Shown in pieces: positions 9,809 through 23,149 of a stretch of DNA of 64,000 nucleotides. Position 1 is the stretch's first letter. Each line of letters starts with the position of its first letter. The position numbers and the translations under genes are program-made. The DNA is taken from NCBI RefSeq assembly GCF_006345805.1, contig NC_043005.1, positions 32,674,001 to 32,738,000 on the forward strand. The letters are read 5' to 3'. The notes beneath the pieces are model-generated. The model was not told the origin of the DNA and made no database searches. It worked only from the letters and a program-made list of their open reading frames with translations. Source of the DNA: Octopus sinensis (lineage: Eukaryota).

Positions 9809-10187
9809 ATATATATATATATATATAATATATGTGTGTGTGTGTGTGTGTGTCTTATATATCTATATATACAGTGTATATATGTATCTTACACTATATA
9901 TATATAACACTACACACACACGCACATCTTTTACTGAAAATACTCATACATATGTTCACTCACCCACACACATTCAAGCGTACACTGCATATTCTCATAC
10001 TACACACATATACATACACACACAACCTTCATTCTTTCTCCCCTCTTTCTGTCTCTGCGAACGTCTTTCTCCTCATTAAAAAAAAAATTCTGTTAATTAT
10101 TAATCTGTTTTGTTAACCCGCCTCTTTGTCAAATGTTTACAGATATTCTTTAAGTCTATTGAGTTTATTAGCCTCTAGTCTCTTTAA

Positions 10188-10229
<42 letters not shown>

Positions 10230-10479
10230 GGCCCCTGCAACTTGATTTGATTTAGGCAGCTGGCCAGAAGCATGCCTCTCTGCTATTTTTATCTCTCCTG
10301 ATTAATGTTTGCCACATGTATCCAATCAAAAGTTGGGGGATGCCTGCTGCTGCTGATGTTGTCAATGATGATGATGATGATGATGATGATGCTTTCCTGC
10401 CTCCTCTAATAGTGAAACAAATAGATGGCAGTTCCTTCACTCCTTGTTATTCTCTTGACACTCCTCACAGCTGCTTCTG

Positions 10480-10700
10480 TGAGGGGAGAGGGGGAGAGAG
10501 AGGAAGAGTGAGAGAGAGAGAAAAAGAGAGAGCTGGTTGAAGTTAGAGAGGAAGTGAGAGAATTGGGGATGGGATTGGTTTGTGGAGTGGGGTGTTATCA
10601 ACCTAGATTAAGGCCAGCTAGTATATACATTCCTGTTGAAATGCTCAGTGTGAGCAGACACAGAGAGCAAGCAGCTCTGTAGTGGCTCCTGTAGTGGTCT
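10480..10700 (+). promoter_or_regulatory. Putative MRTF promoter region
   Basis: GA-rich tract 10482-10560, TCAGT Inr-like motif near 10645, repeat-free DNA leading to the first coding exon; TSS not determined. Confidence 0.35.
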
Positions 10701-11579
10701 AGAAGAAGCTAGACAGATAGCTGTCCAGGGTCTGTCTCTCTCACACACACATACACACAAACCCATCTGTACTCACACATACATAATCTTATTAATTTAT
10801 CTTTCTCATTATCCTAGTTAGTGGGGTGATTCCTATATTGCTGTTTGGAATTGTCAACATTACACTTTAGTGTGAAGCAGTGAGAAGCTGCAACAAAGCT
10901 AATCATTTTATATCTAAAGCTTTCAACTTCAAAACCTCACAAATTAAATTGATTTATTTTAAAACTTGTTAAACTTTCTATTCAAAAACATTAGGTGCAT
11001 TACACGTTGTGCTTCCTTCTAAGCTTGGGTAACTTATTTACTTCTGGGTTTCTGTTTAATGAATTTTTCTTCCTATTTACACTAATGATGATGATGACAA
11101 TGATGGAAAATTACTTTTATTGACTGTGTCTGGGGCCAGAAAACCAATTTACCACAGCAACTGCTACAATCTTTAATACTACTGAACATCGTCTGGAGGA
11201 ATTTTCTGACCAGTGACCAGCAACCAAGTAATCCAACCAGCCTGTGATTCAACTATCACCAGCCGGTTTATTAAAAGCTTGGCTATATATCCTCTCATCT
11301 CTTCTCTACTACTAATGCAAAAAGATCAATGGCCACTTCAACTGTATTTATTCATTATTATTTTTATTGTTATCATTACTCTTGACCAATACACACTACT
11401 AAGTTAGAATTCAGTGATTATGATCAGCTGTTTCACTCTAACTTCCTGCTGGCCACATATTTTGGTTGACCAGTTTTAAAAACAATTGTTGGTGACATTT
11501 TTACCTGTGATTTGTGTATGTTTATATATATATATTTATATATATACACATACATATAAATATATTTTAAAGTATCGTG

Positions 11580-11616
11580 ATGGCTTGCCTTGTTCAGAAA
11601 TCCTCTTCTGGAGTGG
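11580..11616 (+). CDS. Mrtf: MRTF first coding exon (MACLVQKSSSGV+G)
   Basis: ATG at 11580 followed by G (+4), consensus donor G|GTAAGT, phase 1 joins exon 40784 as G|AA=Glu. Confidence 0.65.
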
Positions 11617-11877
11617 GTAAGTTTTTGTGTGGCTGTCTGTTCTATTGTTCAAGTGATTTGTAAACATTTAACATTTTGTAATAAGTTGTTCTTTAAACTC
11701 CTCTTGGAGTATTGGGCAGTATAAGCTAAGATAAAAGCAAAGAAAAAAAATAAGCAAAAACAAAAAGTTCAGTGCAAAGAATAATAAAAAAAATGTTTGA
11801 CAAAGACTATTATTTTATAGTGTAGTAGCTAGTGTGGATTGAATTGACTTCAATTATAATATTTTACTTATTAATGT

Positions 11878-12092
11878 GACAAGCTGGCAGAATTGTTAGC
11901 ACACTGGACAAAATGCTTTTCAGCCCTTCTTGTGACTTTTTCTAAGTTAAAATTCTACCAAACTCTGCTTTGCCTTTCATCCTTTCGGGGTCGATAAAAT
12001 AAGTATCAGTTGAACATTGGGGGTAGATGTAATCAGGTAGCTCCCCTCCCCGCAACATTTCAAACCTTGTGTCTGTAATAGAAAGAACTATT
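11878..12092 (+). mobile_element. SINE family B
   Basis: aagctggcagaattgttagc..tttgcctttcatcctttcggggtcgataaaataagta.. Confidence 0.85.
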
Positions 12093-12565
12093 TTACTTTC
12101 GAGTATATTTAACAATCTTTTCATATATATAAAGAATAAATAAAATTGTTTCTAGTGAAAGTAGTGAGGTGCCAAATTGGATAGTATTAAGAAACATTAT
12201 GGGAGAGAGGACTTGACCAAGGCAGTCAATACAGACCAAAGTCCTGTCAACACATATGCTGTATGAATCTAGTTTCTTCAACTACAACTATCATGGAAAG
12301 TACTGTTGTTAGGTTTTGTTGGGGTAGGCTGTGTGTATTATTGCTGTCTGTATTCCTTCATCAGCTGGTAGAACGGATTAAATTTCTGCTCCCTTTACTG
12401 AAGGATGTGTGCAAGCATATGCACACACTTGTATATACACTGTTGTAGCCACACTATTGCTAGTTGTATTCACATCTACAACAGAAGTTTCTTCTCTGCT
12501 GCTATATCTTTCACATAACTTCTAAAAATCTCTGCTACTATATTCTGCACTTACCCAATAAATCC

Positions 12566-12601
<36 letters not shown>

Positions 12602-12713
12602 ACATGTGTATGTGTGTGTATAGATATATATATGATATATAATATATATATATATTATATATATATATATACACACATACACATGTGTATGTGTGTGTAT
12701 AGATATATATATG

Positions 12714-12757
<44 letters not shown>

Positions 12758-12771
12758 CATACATACATACA

Positions 12772-12818
<47 letters not shown>

Positions 12819-12825
12819 ATATAAA
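12566..12825. repeat. Compound TA/CA/TG microsatellite with ~75 nt tandem duplication
   Basis: tacacacatacacatgtgtatgtgtgtgtatagatatatatatgatatataat occurs twice. Confidence 0.8.
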
Positions 12826-12919
12826 ACCATTTACAACAATCTTTTGTTATAGTAATGTCTTTTTTTAAGAATTAACAATAAGCCTTAGGCTTATGTTTTA
12901 GGGGAAAGTGCTGCTGCTG

Positions 12920-12952
<33 letters not shown>

Positions 12953-13474
12953 ACTAGTAGTTGTTTATTTCCCTCAAGGGTACTCTGCATCAAAATTTAT
13001 TAGTTTTGCTGGAGAAACACCATTATCTCCAACCCTGCCATGCCTTACCAGCCACCAGAAGAGTGTTTATCTTTTAATGTTAGGGTCACTTAAAGCAGTT
13101 GATTATAAATAATCATAATTTAGATGAGAGATGGTGGTTGAAACATGCTTGCAAGTAAGTAGGATAATTGCCAAATGTTTTGTGTGTATTTATGAATTAG
13201 AATTAAATTTATCAGCCCAACAAATTCAATTTATTTTATATCATCTTTTTTAATTTCGTCATTAATGAATCATCAAGTTAAATAACTGCAACTTTCTTAA
13301 AAGTTTTTATTTTAAACACTTGAATACTTGTTTCATAGCCTTGTAATATCAATTATATTCTGTAAAATTAGTGATGTAGGTTTTTATGGGTGTGTGTGTG
13401 AGAGAAGGTGTATGTGTGTGTTTTCTTATTAGTGTTTGTTGTTGAACTGTCACTGTTTAACAGAACAGCTGATT

Positions 13475-13790
13475 ATTTTAACCCCAGACTAGTTATTATA
13501 TATTTTATCAACCATGAAAGGTTGAATTGGAACAATTGCCCCAGATAGGGTTTGAATTAAGAACCTACAAGGATATGACTAGATATTGGTTTCAAATTTT
13601 GGCACAAGGTCAGCAGGTTTTGGTGAGGGATTAAGCCAATTACATCGATCCTCAGTATTCAGCTGGTACTTATTTTATCAACCCTGAAAGGATGAAAGGC
13701 AAAGTTAACCTCACAGGAATTTGAACTCAGAATGCACAGACAGTTGAAATGCCACTAAGCATTTTGCCTGGTACCAGCTTGCTGCCTTGA
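13475..13790 (-). mobile_element. SINE family B (partial plus full copy)
   Basis: ggcacaagg..ctggtacttattttatc..gaaaggatgaaaggcaaag..atttgaactcagaa..ccagcttgctgcc. Confidence 0.85.
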
Positions 13791-13959
13791 CATGATTAAA
13801 TGTTACAAGATATTTTGTCAAATTCTGATGGATTATCCCTGGTATTAGAAGAATTATTGTTTTCCATAGCAATATGCAAATCAGAGACAGTTCTTCCTCA
13901 TCATAGAAAAGTTAACTGCTAAAGGTAACTTTCTGCTCTCCCCTCACATCATCTTCAAG

Positions 13960-14125
13960 TTTGAACGAAGCTCTATGTAGTCACTTGATAGTTCCTTAAA
14001 ACCACATCTTACCATCTTACAGACAAACCAGATAATGTATTTCTAAAATGATGGTGTGGTCACAGTTGGAATGCCTTTGATCATAGGTTTGTTGGTCATT
14101 AGTGTTGACTTGGAGCTGAATGATC
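13960..14125 (+). repeat. Old dispersed repeat 3' end (SINE-like), related to 44905-45082
   Basis: Shared gtcacag..ggaat..ttgg.gct.aa tail. Confidence 0.4.
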
Positions 14126-14542
14126 ACTGAGTTGACAGTTGGAATTGTTCATTGTATGAAGACAACAAAAAAAGATCCATCTGTCTGCAAACTCATTGAA
14201 GCATGAAACGAACACACTTGAACATGCACACATGTGTACAATCACACTCTCTCTCTCTCTTCACGCAACAATTTGATCCCAACATTACATTAATACTTTC
14301 TACATGGTCCACCTCAGAATCCCAGTTTTGTTTGTAAAAGAAAGGAGCATTACAGTCGTTTGGTTCTTGATAAGCTTAATGAGTTTTCCTTTTTCTAAAT
14401 AACAACCAGTAAAATAAAAATAAAAAGATAAATAGGAGCAAAACAAGTTTCCCTACTCCAAAAATAACTATTTAAATTGAATTGAAAGTTCATTTTATGA
14501 TGAATCTCTTAGTTATAATTATTGTTTACACTAGCAGAGATT

Positions 14543-15039
14543 ATCTCTCTGTCTGTTCATCTATGTTTGTTTGCCTGTTTGTCTGTCCATTCATCCATCC
14601 ATCTGTCAATCTGTCTGTTTGTCATCTATCAATCTATCTATCCATCTTTCCATCTGTTTGACCATCTGCCTGTCTATCTGTCCATGTCTGCCTGTCTTTC
14701 TACCTATCTATCTGTCTGTCTGTTTATTCATCTATATATCTACCTACCTACCTATCTATATAGCTGTCTGTCTATCTTTCTGTCTATTTTTCTGTCTGTC
14801 TGTCTATCTTTCTTCCCATCCATCTGTGGGTCTGTATAATCTGTCTGCCTATCTGTCCATCCATCTATCTTTCTGTTTACCTATCTGTCTGCCTATGTCT
14901 GCCTGCCTGCCTGTCTGTCCGTCTAGCTGTCTACCTATCAGTCTGTCTGTCTTTCTATGTCTATCTATCTATCCATCCATCTGTCTATCTGTCTACCTGT
15001 CTAGCTGTTGATCTGCCTGCCTGCCTGCCTGCCTGCCTG

Positions 15040-15132
<93 letters not shown>

Positions 15133-15340
15133 ATCTGTCTACGTCTGTCTACTTTTCTATCTCTCTCTGTTCTATCTATCTTTCTATCTCTCAGTCTGTC
15201 TACTTTTCTATCTATCTATCTATCTGTCTGTCTGTCTATCTGTCTATTTATCCATCTTTTTGTATCTATCTCACCATCTCTCTGTCTACCTACCTACCTC
15301 TCTGTTTGTCTGTATGTCTGACTGTCTCCTGCTTTCTTTT
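14543..15340. repeat. Long degenerate (TCTA/TCTG/CCTG)n tetranucleotide array
   Basis: ~800 nt with a pure (TCTA)n core at ~15040-15130. Confidence 0.95.
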
Positions 15341-15623
15341 TCTCTTCCTCCTCTCCAAATCTATTTGTTATTTAGCTTCATGTTAGTACCGGTAAAGGTA
15401 ACCTATAGGGAATTATTCTCATTGTGACCATCCTGTCTTATTTTCAGACAATATATATAGGACCACAAGTTGTCCCTATATTGTGATTGTGGCAGTAGAG
15501 TAAGTGGTCCCTGTATTATGGTTGTAGTTGTAGTGAATATGGCCCTTATACTATGTTTTGGTCCTTGTGTTCTTTTAGCAGAATTCTCTTTGTTGTGAAC
15601 TTTTGGCCCAAACTTCCCCATAG

Positions 15624-17037
15624 CCCATTGTGCCTAGATTGGCTAATTCAGGAAAAAAAAATTCTTATCTTGGGCTAAAATAATCACCTGATAGAGGTTG
15701 GCTCGTTTTGAACCATAATTTTAAGGGCTGTCAGCTGGAACCAAAATTATTTGTTTTTTCTTTGTTTATGGGTGTCTTGGTTCAAATAACGAAATCAAGG
15801 CATATCAACCAAAATTGCCTTTTTGGTGTATTGCAGTTAAAAAATGATTATCTGCAAGATCTCGCCAGCTTTCAATCCATGACATTTCCAGAAGAATGTC
15901 CATCATGTCGCATCCAGCAACTGCTTCGAAACATCGCAACCCAAGTTGTTCTGTTTGTGGTGAAGTTGGTCACACAGCTTTTTCTTCAAAACATAAGGTG
16001 CCTGCTTCGACAGAAGTACAATCAAGAACCATATCACTATATTACTGACTGGTCTATGTTACGCATATTTATTGTTTGGCATTGTTGTTTCAATATTTGT
16101 TGTGAATAATAAGTGATCACTTTTCACAATTTAGTGCAAATGATTCTGATTTTCTTTGTGAATCATAGGAGTGTGGGGTTTATTGTATGTTTTCCTTTTT
16201 TTGGGGTGGAAGTAGGCTATGGTAAAGATTCAATCCAGGGATTTGTTTGGAATATTTCTTTTTGTTATCTCATGTTTTGACCCTTCTTTAATTTTGGCGT
16301 TAGCAAGGCAAAATCCTCCAAGTTGGAATCTGACCTTCCTAATCAGATTTTTACTCCATAAAATAGGTTAAATACTAAAAAAAAGTGCATTTAAGATAAA
16401 TTATTTCAAGAAATTTATGAGGTTTTGAATCCATTTTATGTTTCCTGTTTCTATACTTGTTTAATCATTTTGGGGGTCAATAACTACCGATTTTACCCAA
16501 TTTTGGTTGGTTTTGATGTTGAGTACTCAAATTGGAATTATACTTTCTGTGTGGCCTTTTAACTCCTTTGAACTGATTTTTTTCCACAGTTTACATAAAA
16601 TGTCGAGGATATCAAATATGTTGGCCCTTAATATGTCAAAATTTGTCATTTAAAAAAAAAAATTATCAAGTTTGAGGGGTTTTAGCAAAAATTTGGATAT
16701 TTCTATCAAAAACTTAAATTTTTCATGCATTCCGTATTTTCTCAGATTTCTCAAATTATGCTGGCCTATGCACTCTGAAAGAGAATAAAAAATGCTTTTA
16801 AATAAGTTCAAACAAAGGTTAAAGAAAATATGTTCAATTTTATTTTTTTTTCAAAAAAAAGTAAATTTTGTTAAATTGGCTAACTTTAAAGAACTATGAA
16901 ATTGAACCGTACATTATTTTAAGCTCAAGTTTTTTGCTATGTAATCTCTTGAGTTTAGAGAGCCAGAAAATATGCATTTTAAATATCTGGGAGGAAACTT
17001 CCAAAACTGATAGATTCCCTGCTCTGGGCACAATGTG
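15624..17037 (+). mobile_element. Internally deleted CMC-type (Chapaev/Transib-like) DNA transposon
   Basis: 15-bp TIRs cccattgtgcctaga / tctgggcacaatgtg (13/15 match); transposase C-terminal remnant ARSRQLSIHDISRRMSIMSHP..CSVCGEVGH..ISLYY* at ~15850-16048. Confidence 0.55.
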
Positions 17038-17689
17038 CACCACGGGTGCTTTGCAGATGGATTAACCTGTAAATATTCAGGCTGGAGATATGTGCATCAG
17101 CTTGGAATATTCACTAAGTTCCTGAGCTATACCCTTTATTTCCTAAGCTATTGATGAATTTTCATACATATTCACACACACATGCACACACACGCGCATA
17201 CCACACACACACATGTTGAAGAACTAACACTATTTTGTCCTTGTAATGAAGTATCAGGGAAATCCAAAGATTGATTTAGAGCAAAGTAGAAAAATGTTTT
17301 TAATAATTCTTCTTGAAATAAGGTTGTTTACCTGTATCTCCCACACTTCCCACTCTCAGCAAGGTATTTTCTATAATTATGCAGTTTAAATTACTTTGTG
17401 AATTACTTTTGACCTCTGGTCAATTTCCATTTATTGTGTGTGCTTCTCTCCAACTGATTTGTGGCTTGGTGCCAATTGAATTATATATATATATATATAT
17501 AGGACAATATGAATATTAGAGCAGTGGATAAAACACCATTAGATGTTTACTGACATCCCTTCATTTTCTGTGATTGACTCTTTTCATTACCAAATCAATA
17601 AGCACCAATCATGTATCAGAGTAAACCACTCTCCTCCCCCAATGTCCGTAGCCTTTTTCTTGCATTACATATCATTATGATGCATTGGT

Positions 17690-18390
17690 AGATGTGTTAG
17701 AGTATCAAAGAAAAAAAAAATGTGTTGTGCTGTTTAGTTATGGTACTTCATGTTCTGTGTTTAAATACTGTAGAGGTCAACTATGCCTTTCATCCATCCT
17801 TTGAGAGTCAATAGAATACAGCTCCAGTGAAGTAGTGGGATTCATGTAATTGACTAGCTCCCTCTCCCTCCTAGATTGCTGGTCTTGTGCCAAAATTTGA
17901 AACCATTATTGGCTGGCAGAATCATTAGCATGCCGGACAAAATGCTTAACAGCATTTCATTTGTCACAACATTCTGAGTTCAAATTCCACTAAGGTTGAT
18001 TTTCATGTGATAAAATAAATACCAGTTCAGTACTGGGGTTGATGTAGTCAACTCATTCCCTTCCTCAAACTTGCTGGCTTTGGAGCAAAATTTGAAATCA
18101 TCATCATCATCATCATCATCATTATTATCATCATCATCATCATCATTATTATTATTATCATCATTATTATTAAGGAGGCAAGCTGGCAGAATTGTTAGCA
18201 TGCCATATGAAATACTTAGCAGTATTTTGCCTGTCGCTATGTTCTGAGTTCAAATTCTGCCAGGGTCGACTTTGCCTTTCGTCCTTTTGGGGTTGATAAA
18301 ATAAGTACCAGTTGAACATTAAGGTCAATGTAATAGACTCATCTCCACCCCCAAAATGGCTGCCCTTGTAGCAAAATTTGAAACCATTAT
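17690..18390 (+). mobile_element. SINE family B, three tandem copies
   Basis: Repeated ctggcagaa..ttagcatgcc..aaatgctta..ttctgagttcaaattc..gaaaccattatt with (cat)/(att) tails. Confidence 0.9.
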
Positions 18391-19619
18391 TATTATTATT
18401 ATTTGAAGTTTGGCAGAATAGGCTGATCACAAAAACTAATGGCTTAGAATAGTTTACCTTTTATCTGATTGAGGGTTTATAAATAAGTACAAGTAGTGTA
18501 TTAATTGACCAGCATGGTTACATAAAACCAATTTCCTAGTAAGTCTAATTTGTTTAGAATCATTTCACTTCATATTTATTGGTCAACTTGTGTTGAAGGC
18601 ATGAATGTCACCTTATCTTCAATTTCATTACCTTCAAACTAAAGATTTGAATATCTTTTATATTGGAGGAAACTGTTTGCTGTAGTAATAAATAAATAGT
18701 ATCGTAATTTTCAAGGTAATTAAGTAATTAATTGAGCTGTTATCTCCTATGTATCACATAATTAGAATTATTCCACACCCACTAATTACTGCTAAATTGG
18801 TTTCTAAAAGCATTTGATGACCACCACAGTTGAAGGAGAATCCATTATTTCCACGATTTTACCACTAAACTTTCACCAACACAGTTTATTTTCTTTTCAG
18901 TTCCTCACTGGAATTTTAATAATTGCAACTTGATGTAAGTTGTGCTGATAGTTTTGTGAAATGGATGCAGTGTACAAGTGGGGACGTGATGAGATGTAGT
19001 GTGAGTGAGGGCATAATGTGTTGTGTGACTGATAAAAGAAAAATATAATGAAGCACAGTTTCTTAGCATTTTGAGTTTGTTATAAAATCCTTTGGTATGT
19101 TTTGATGAAGTTGGCTGTTTGTGAGGGTATACAAATATATGTAAGCCTCTGTGTATGTATGAGCTTGTGTGTGTATATGTTTATTAATGAAAATATTTTC
19201 AGAGAAAGTTGTAAATAAATTGATAATTAAAATTACAGATAGATAGGAAGAGAGGTAAATAATCCTGCAGTTACTTGGGTTTTTAGTAGAGATGTTTAGG
19301 CTATATAGAACTCTGTCACAGCTGATAGACTGATTATTCTCTTATTATAGCACCACCAACTGATAGATTGCTTTATTTTTCATTTTAATAGTTGAACTAG
19401 TTTATTTTTTTTAGCTGGTATGGTAATAGTGTCTAAGGAATTGGTTGCTCTTGGCCAGAGTGAATCTCTATGTATAATTATCTCCACAATTAGACATCTC
19501 TCCTCCTCATGGCACATGAAAATATTCCACTTTGTAAACTTTATTCAACTGATATTTGTACAACATAGACAACACATCGGCTCCTTCATATCCTAACCTT
19601 TTTACTCATTATTATTATT

Positions 19620-20160
19620 GAGAGAGAGCAGCACAATGCATGCCATCAAAGTAACACTGGGGTATAAATATATGAGGCCAAATATACCCATCATGACTAA
19701 TTGTTTGATAAAGGTATACCAGGCACATGCATCACAACCATATGTGTGTGACATGGTGATCTCATCTCAAGATAAACAGGAGATGACCTTGTAGGTGGGT
19801 CCCAATCAAAATTTTTTTCAAGTTGAGTAACCCATCCTGCTCAAAAGGTCCTTGAATGGGGTTTGTTTCAGAATGATGAATGAAACACCCATGTTTTCAG
19901 AGTTGAATTATTCAAACTCCAAAGAATTCCACTCAACACATGGCTATGATGCTCCCCCACTACTCCTGCTTGAGATCAAAGATGCACATATCAGCCACTA
20001 AGGGACATGCTCAACTGGTTATGGTCAAGCAACTAACAAGCAAATCTGTGGTATTGAGCAGAATATTATACCGAGACAAAACATGTACATGATAACACTT
20101 CCAGTCAGTTAAGAGCAAAAGCCATAAGAGCCACAGTTTGGTGTTGCATCAAGGCATTTA
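19620..20160. repeat. Unclassified dispersed repeat (partial inverted copy at 26545-26648)
   Basis: gagagagcagc..tgccatcaaagtaacactggggta..ccaggcacatg matches the reverse complement of 26545-26648. Confidence 0.6.
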
Positions 20161-20529
20161 TTGTTGTCATCAATAATATTAATACGCTTAGTTTTGTTTG
20201 TTTTTGTATGTACCTGTCATGTGTATTACACTTACTCCAAAGGAAGAAGTGAGTGGCAAGACGAGAGAGGGAGGAGGACAGAGGAAGTAAGTGAGAGAAA
20301 AAGAGTGAAAGAGGCAGTGAATGGTGACGGCATTTGTTTTGTGTTTTTGAATGGTTCAGAGAACAAGTAAGCAAGAGTGAAAGAGACAGTGTTCATTTTG
20401 TGTTTTTAAATGTTTATCACATCATAAGAAAATAGATACATAGATCCAAAGGAAAGTTGATACATACACACAACAAATATTGGATATCACTTTCACTTTT
20501 CATTACCACACAAGGATAAGATTAACTCA

Positions 20530-21135
20530 CTAGTGGCTGAGTACTCCACAGACATGCATACCATTAACGTAGTTCTCAGGGTGATTCAGCCTCACACAGA
20601 ATATGATAAGGCTGACCCCTTTGAATTACAGCTACAACTCATTTTGGCTAGCTGAGTGGACTGGAGCAAGATAAACCTTCAGGTGGTTGGAAGAACATGA
20701 AAAAAGATCCTATATAGGGGCAGGAAAATCTTTTTAGTTGTTAGGATCACTATGGTTGTTAATCCAGTCCTAACAGCGGTATTTGTGGGTCTCACAGATT
20801 TGGAGGTTAAGCCCCCAGATAAACTGAGTGACGGAATAGTAATTATTTCGCCTTAGCTTTCACTGCTTATGCTAAACAAATATGGAGCATTTCCTTTTCT
20901 CTCACTCTTTTTTAAAAAATGGCACTCTGTAGGTTATGACGACAAGTTTATTGTGTATCTGATCAATGGAACAATCTGTTTGTAAAATTAACACACAAGT
21001 GGCTGAGCACTCCACAGACATGCATACCAAAATGTAGTTTTCAAAGATATTCAGCCTCACACACAATGTGACATGGTTGACCCTTTGAATTACAGTTACA
21101 ACTCATTTTTGTCAGCTGAGTGGACTGCAGCAAGG
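20530..21135 (-). mobile_element. SINE family C, two truncated copies (20530-20670, 20920-21135)
   Basis: Direct repeat gtggctgag.actccacagacatgcatacc..ctttgaattacag..cagctgagtggactg.agcaa. Confidence 0.7.
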
Positions 21136-21345
21136 AGACCATGTTTTTTTCAGGCAAGTTTAACGTTTTCTCTACAAACTACAAACAAGCCCCCCCCCTT
21201 TTTTTTCGTGCAAAGACTAATGCAAATTTCAAACAGGGTACAGTTGTGAAAAGAGCCTAGAAATTTGAGTAATACCTCTTACAAAATGGGTGGGGGAGAA
21301 AAGTGGCCAACAAGTAGCTACATGAAATTCAACTCTATACTTTAA

Positions 21346-21643
21346 AGAGTGCCTTCTACTATAACCTCTGGCTGACCAAAACCTCATGAGTGAATTTGGT
21401 AGACAAAAACTGAAAGGAGCCCGTTATATATGTGTGTGTCTGTGTTTGTGTGTCCCCCCACCCCCTGTTGTTTGACATCTGATGTTGGTGTGTTTGCCTC
21501 TTTGTAACTTAGCTGTTCAGCATGAAGAGACTGATAGAATAAGTACCAGGCTTATAGTGAAAAAGTTCAGGGATCGATTTCTTTGATTAGAGAGCGGTGC
21601 TCCAGCACAGCCACTGTCAAATGACAGAAACAAATAAAAGAAT
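21346..21643 (+). mobile_element. SINE family A (headless)
   Basis: ttctactataacct..tttggtagac..aactgaaaggagcccg..gcggtgctccagc..gtcaaatgac. Confidence 0.8.
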
Positions 21644-22146
21644 ACCAGAAGAACATTCTGTACTATTAAATCAAGAAGGTTCTTTGAATATGCATGTTGT
21701 ATTTTAAGGCTAAATAGTAATTCTGTTTATGTTTGCATAATGAGATATTTTGGTTGGATGATATCGTTATTGGTTTTACACTTCTTTCTATATTCTGTAA
21801 CTGTCACAATATAGAAACATTTCTCATGGCACCAGAAGCTTACATTTTTTATGTTTACTGTGAATTTTTCATGGGTCCAGCAAGTTGTTATTATTATTAT
21901 TATGACGACTGCAACGGTGAAGAAGCTGGTGAGCTTGCAGAATTGTCAGACAAAATGTTTAATGTCATTTCTTCTGGCTCTTTACATGCTGGGATCAAGT
22001 TTGCCTTTCATCTTTTTTTTCGGGGGGTGGGTAAAGAAAGTTCCAGCTGTTCTATACAAACACAGAACAGTGAACATTAGAATGATGATAATGATACATA
22101 TATATTTTGGTGTGTGTATGTGTGTGTATAGATAGAAATAGATATG

Positions 22147-22188
<42 letters not shown>

Positions 22189-22221
22189 ACACACACACAC
22201 ACACACATACACACACATATA

Positions 22222-22835
22222 CAGGGTGCATCAGTATTTTGATGTCATTTGTAGGAATGAAGAAAAAGAAGTTTAGCACATCAAAGAAAAACTTTGATTA
22301 AATGAAAATTGGTACAAATAATTTTGAGAGTCCTTACAATAGTTCTGTTCAATAAATCCACCATTAGCCTTAATGATGGCTTTAGTTCAGGTCTGAAGAG
22401 TTGACATGAATGAATCAGATGATCTTTATCAATTTTGGACATAATCTTTATTATAGCGGATTTGAGAGATTGAATGGTATTATGAGAGTGTTGATTGACC
22501 TTTCTTTCGATGATGCCCCATACGTAATAGTTCAGTGGGTAGAGGTCGGGTGAGTTAGGGGACCATGTGTCCAGGATGATATGATCGTGGAAATTGGTAA
22601 GCATCCGAGCTTGGGTTGTTTTAGCCTTATGAGATGGTGCAGAGTCGTGTTGGAAGATGTAAGATTAAAGTTCTTCTTATCAGAGAAAAACCAAAGCATT
22701 CCAGTTTCTTGATGTTTCAAAATGTAGAGCAAGCGCTTTCCACAGATCAAACAATTATCTTTCGTTGTACTTGATATGAACTGACCTCTTCACATCACAT
22801 ACAACCTGTAACGGATATCTTTATGCACCATCTTG
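22222..22835 (-). mobile_element. Tc1/mariner (maT, DD37D-like) transposase remnant with one TIR
   Basis: WFFSDKKNF, HDSAPSHKA, WSPNSPDLYPLNYYVWG motifs; TA|CAGGGTG terminus at 22222. Confidence 0.85.
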
Positions 22836-23149
22836 TGTTGTGAGGTTTTTGTGTGTAAACAGGTTTAATGAAAAGATTAAAAAAATCATTTTGATAATGT
22901 GTAATCCTCAATAAGGGCTGCTCATAGAAAATCCCATAAAGCCATGGTTGCCTTGACTTCTGGGGCAGGTGCCTTTTCTCATTTCCTCGCCTCTGATTAA
23001 AAACATATACTCAGAGCAGGTCCATTCACTTGCACCATGCTCACCACTCTCATCCACCCTTCAGCTGCGTGACTGTCAGAATGTGTCCCTTCCACAAGAA
23101 GCAAAAAAATATATACTCCATTGCAATCAAATGAGGACTAGAACACAGC

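Noticed and set aside
10316-10540. 74-aa ORF with poly-Asp upstream of MRTF
   Set aside because: Driven by (GAT)n and (GA)n repeats; no donor or homology evidence.
8607-15427. YIYI/CVCV/HTHT/LSIY-rich ORFs in the track
   Set aside because: Translations of (TA)n, (TG)n and (TCTA)n microsatellites.
16497-17912. CArG matches at 16497 and 17903
   Set aside because: They fall inside a transposon and at a SINE junction; chance matches.
17690-18390. Regularly spaced repeats resembling a CRISPR-like array
   Set aside because: Tandem SINE insertions into each other's simple-repeat tails in eukaryotic DNA; no repeat-spacer structure.
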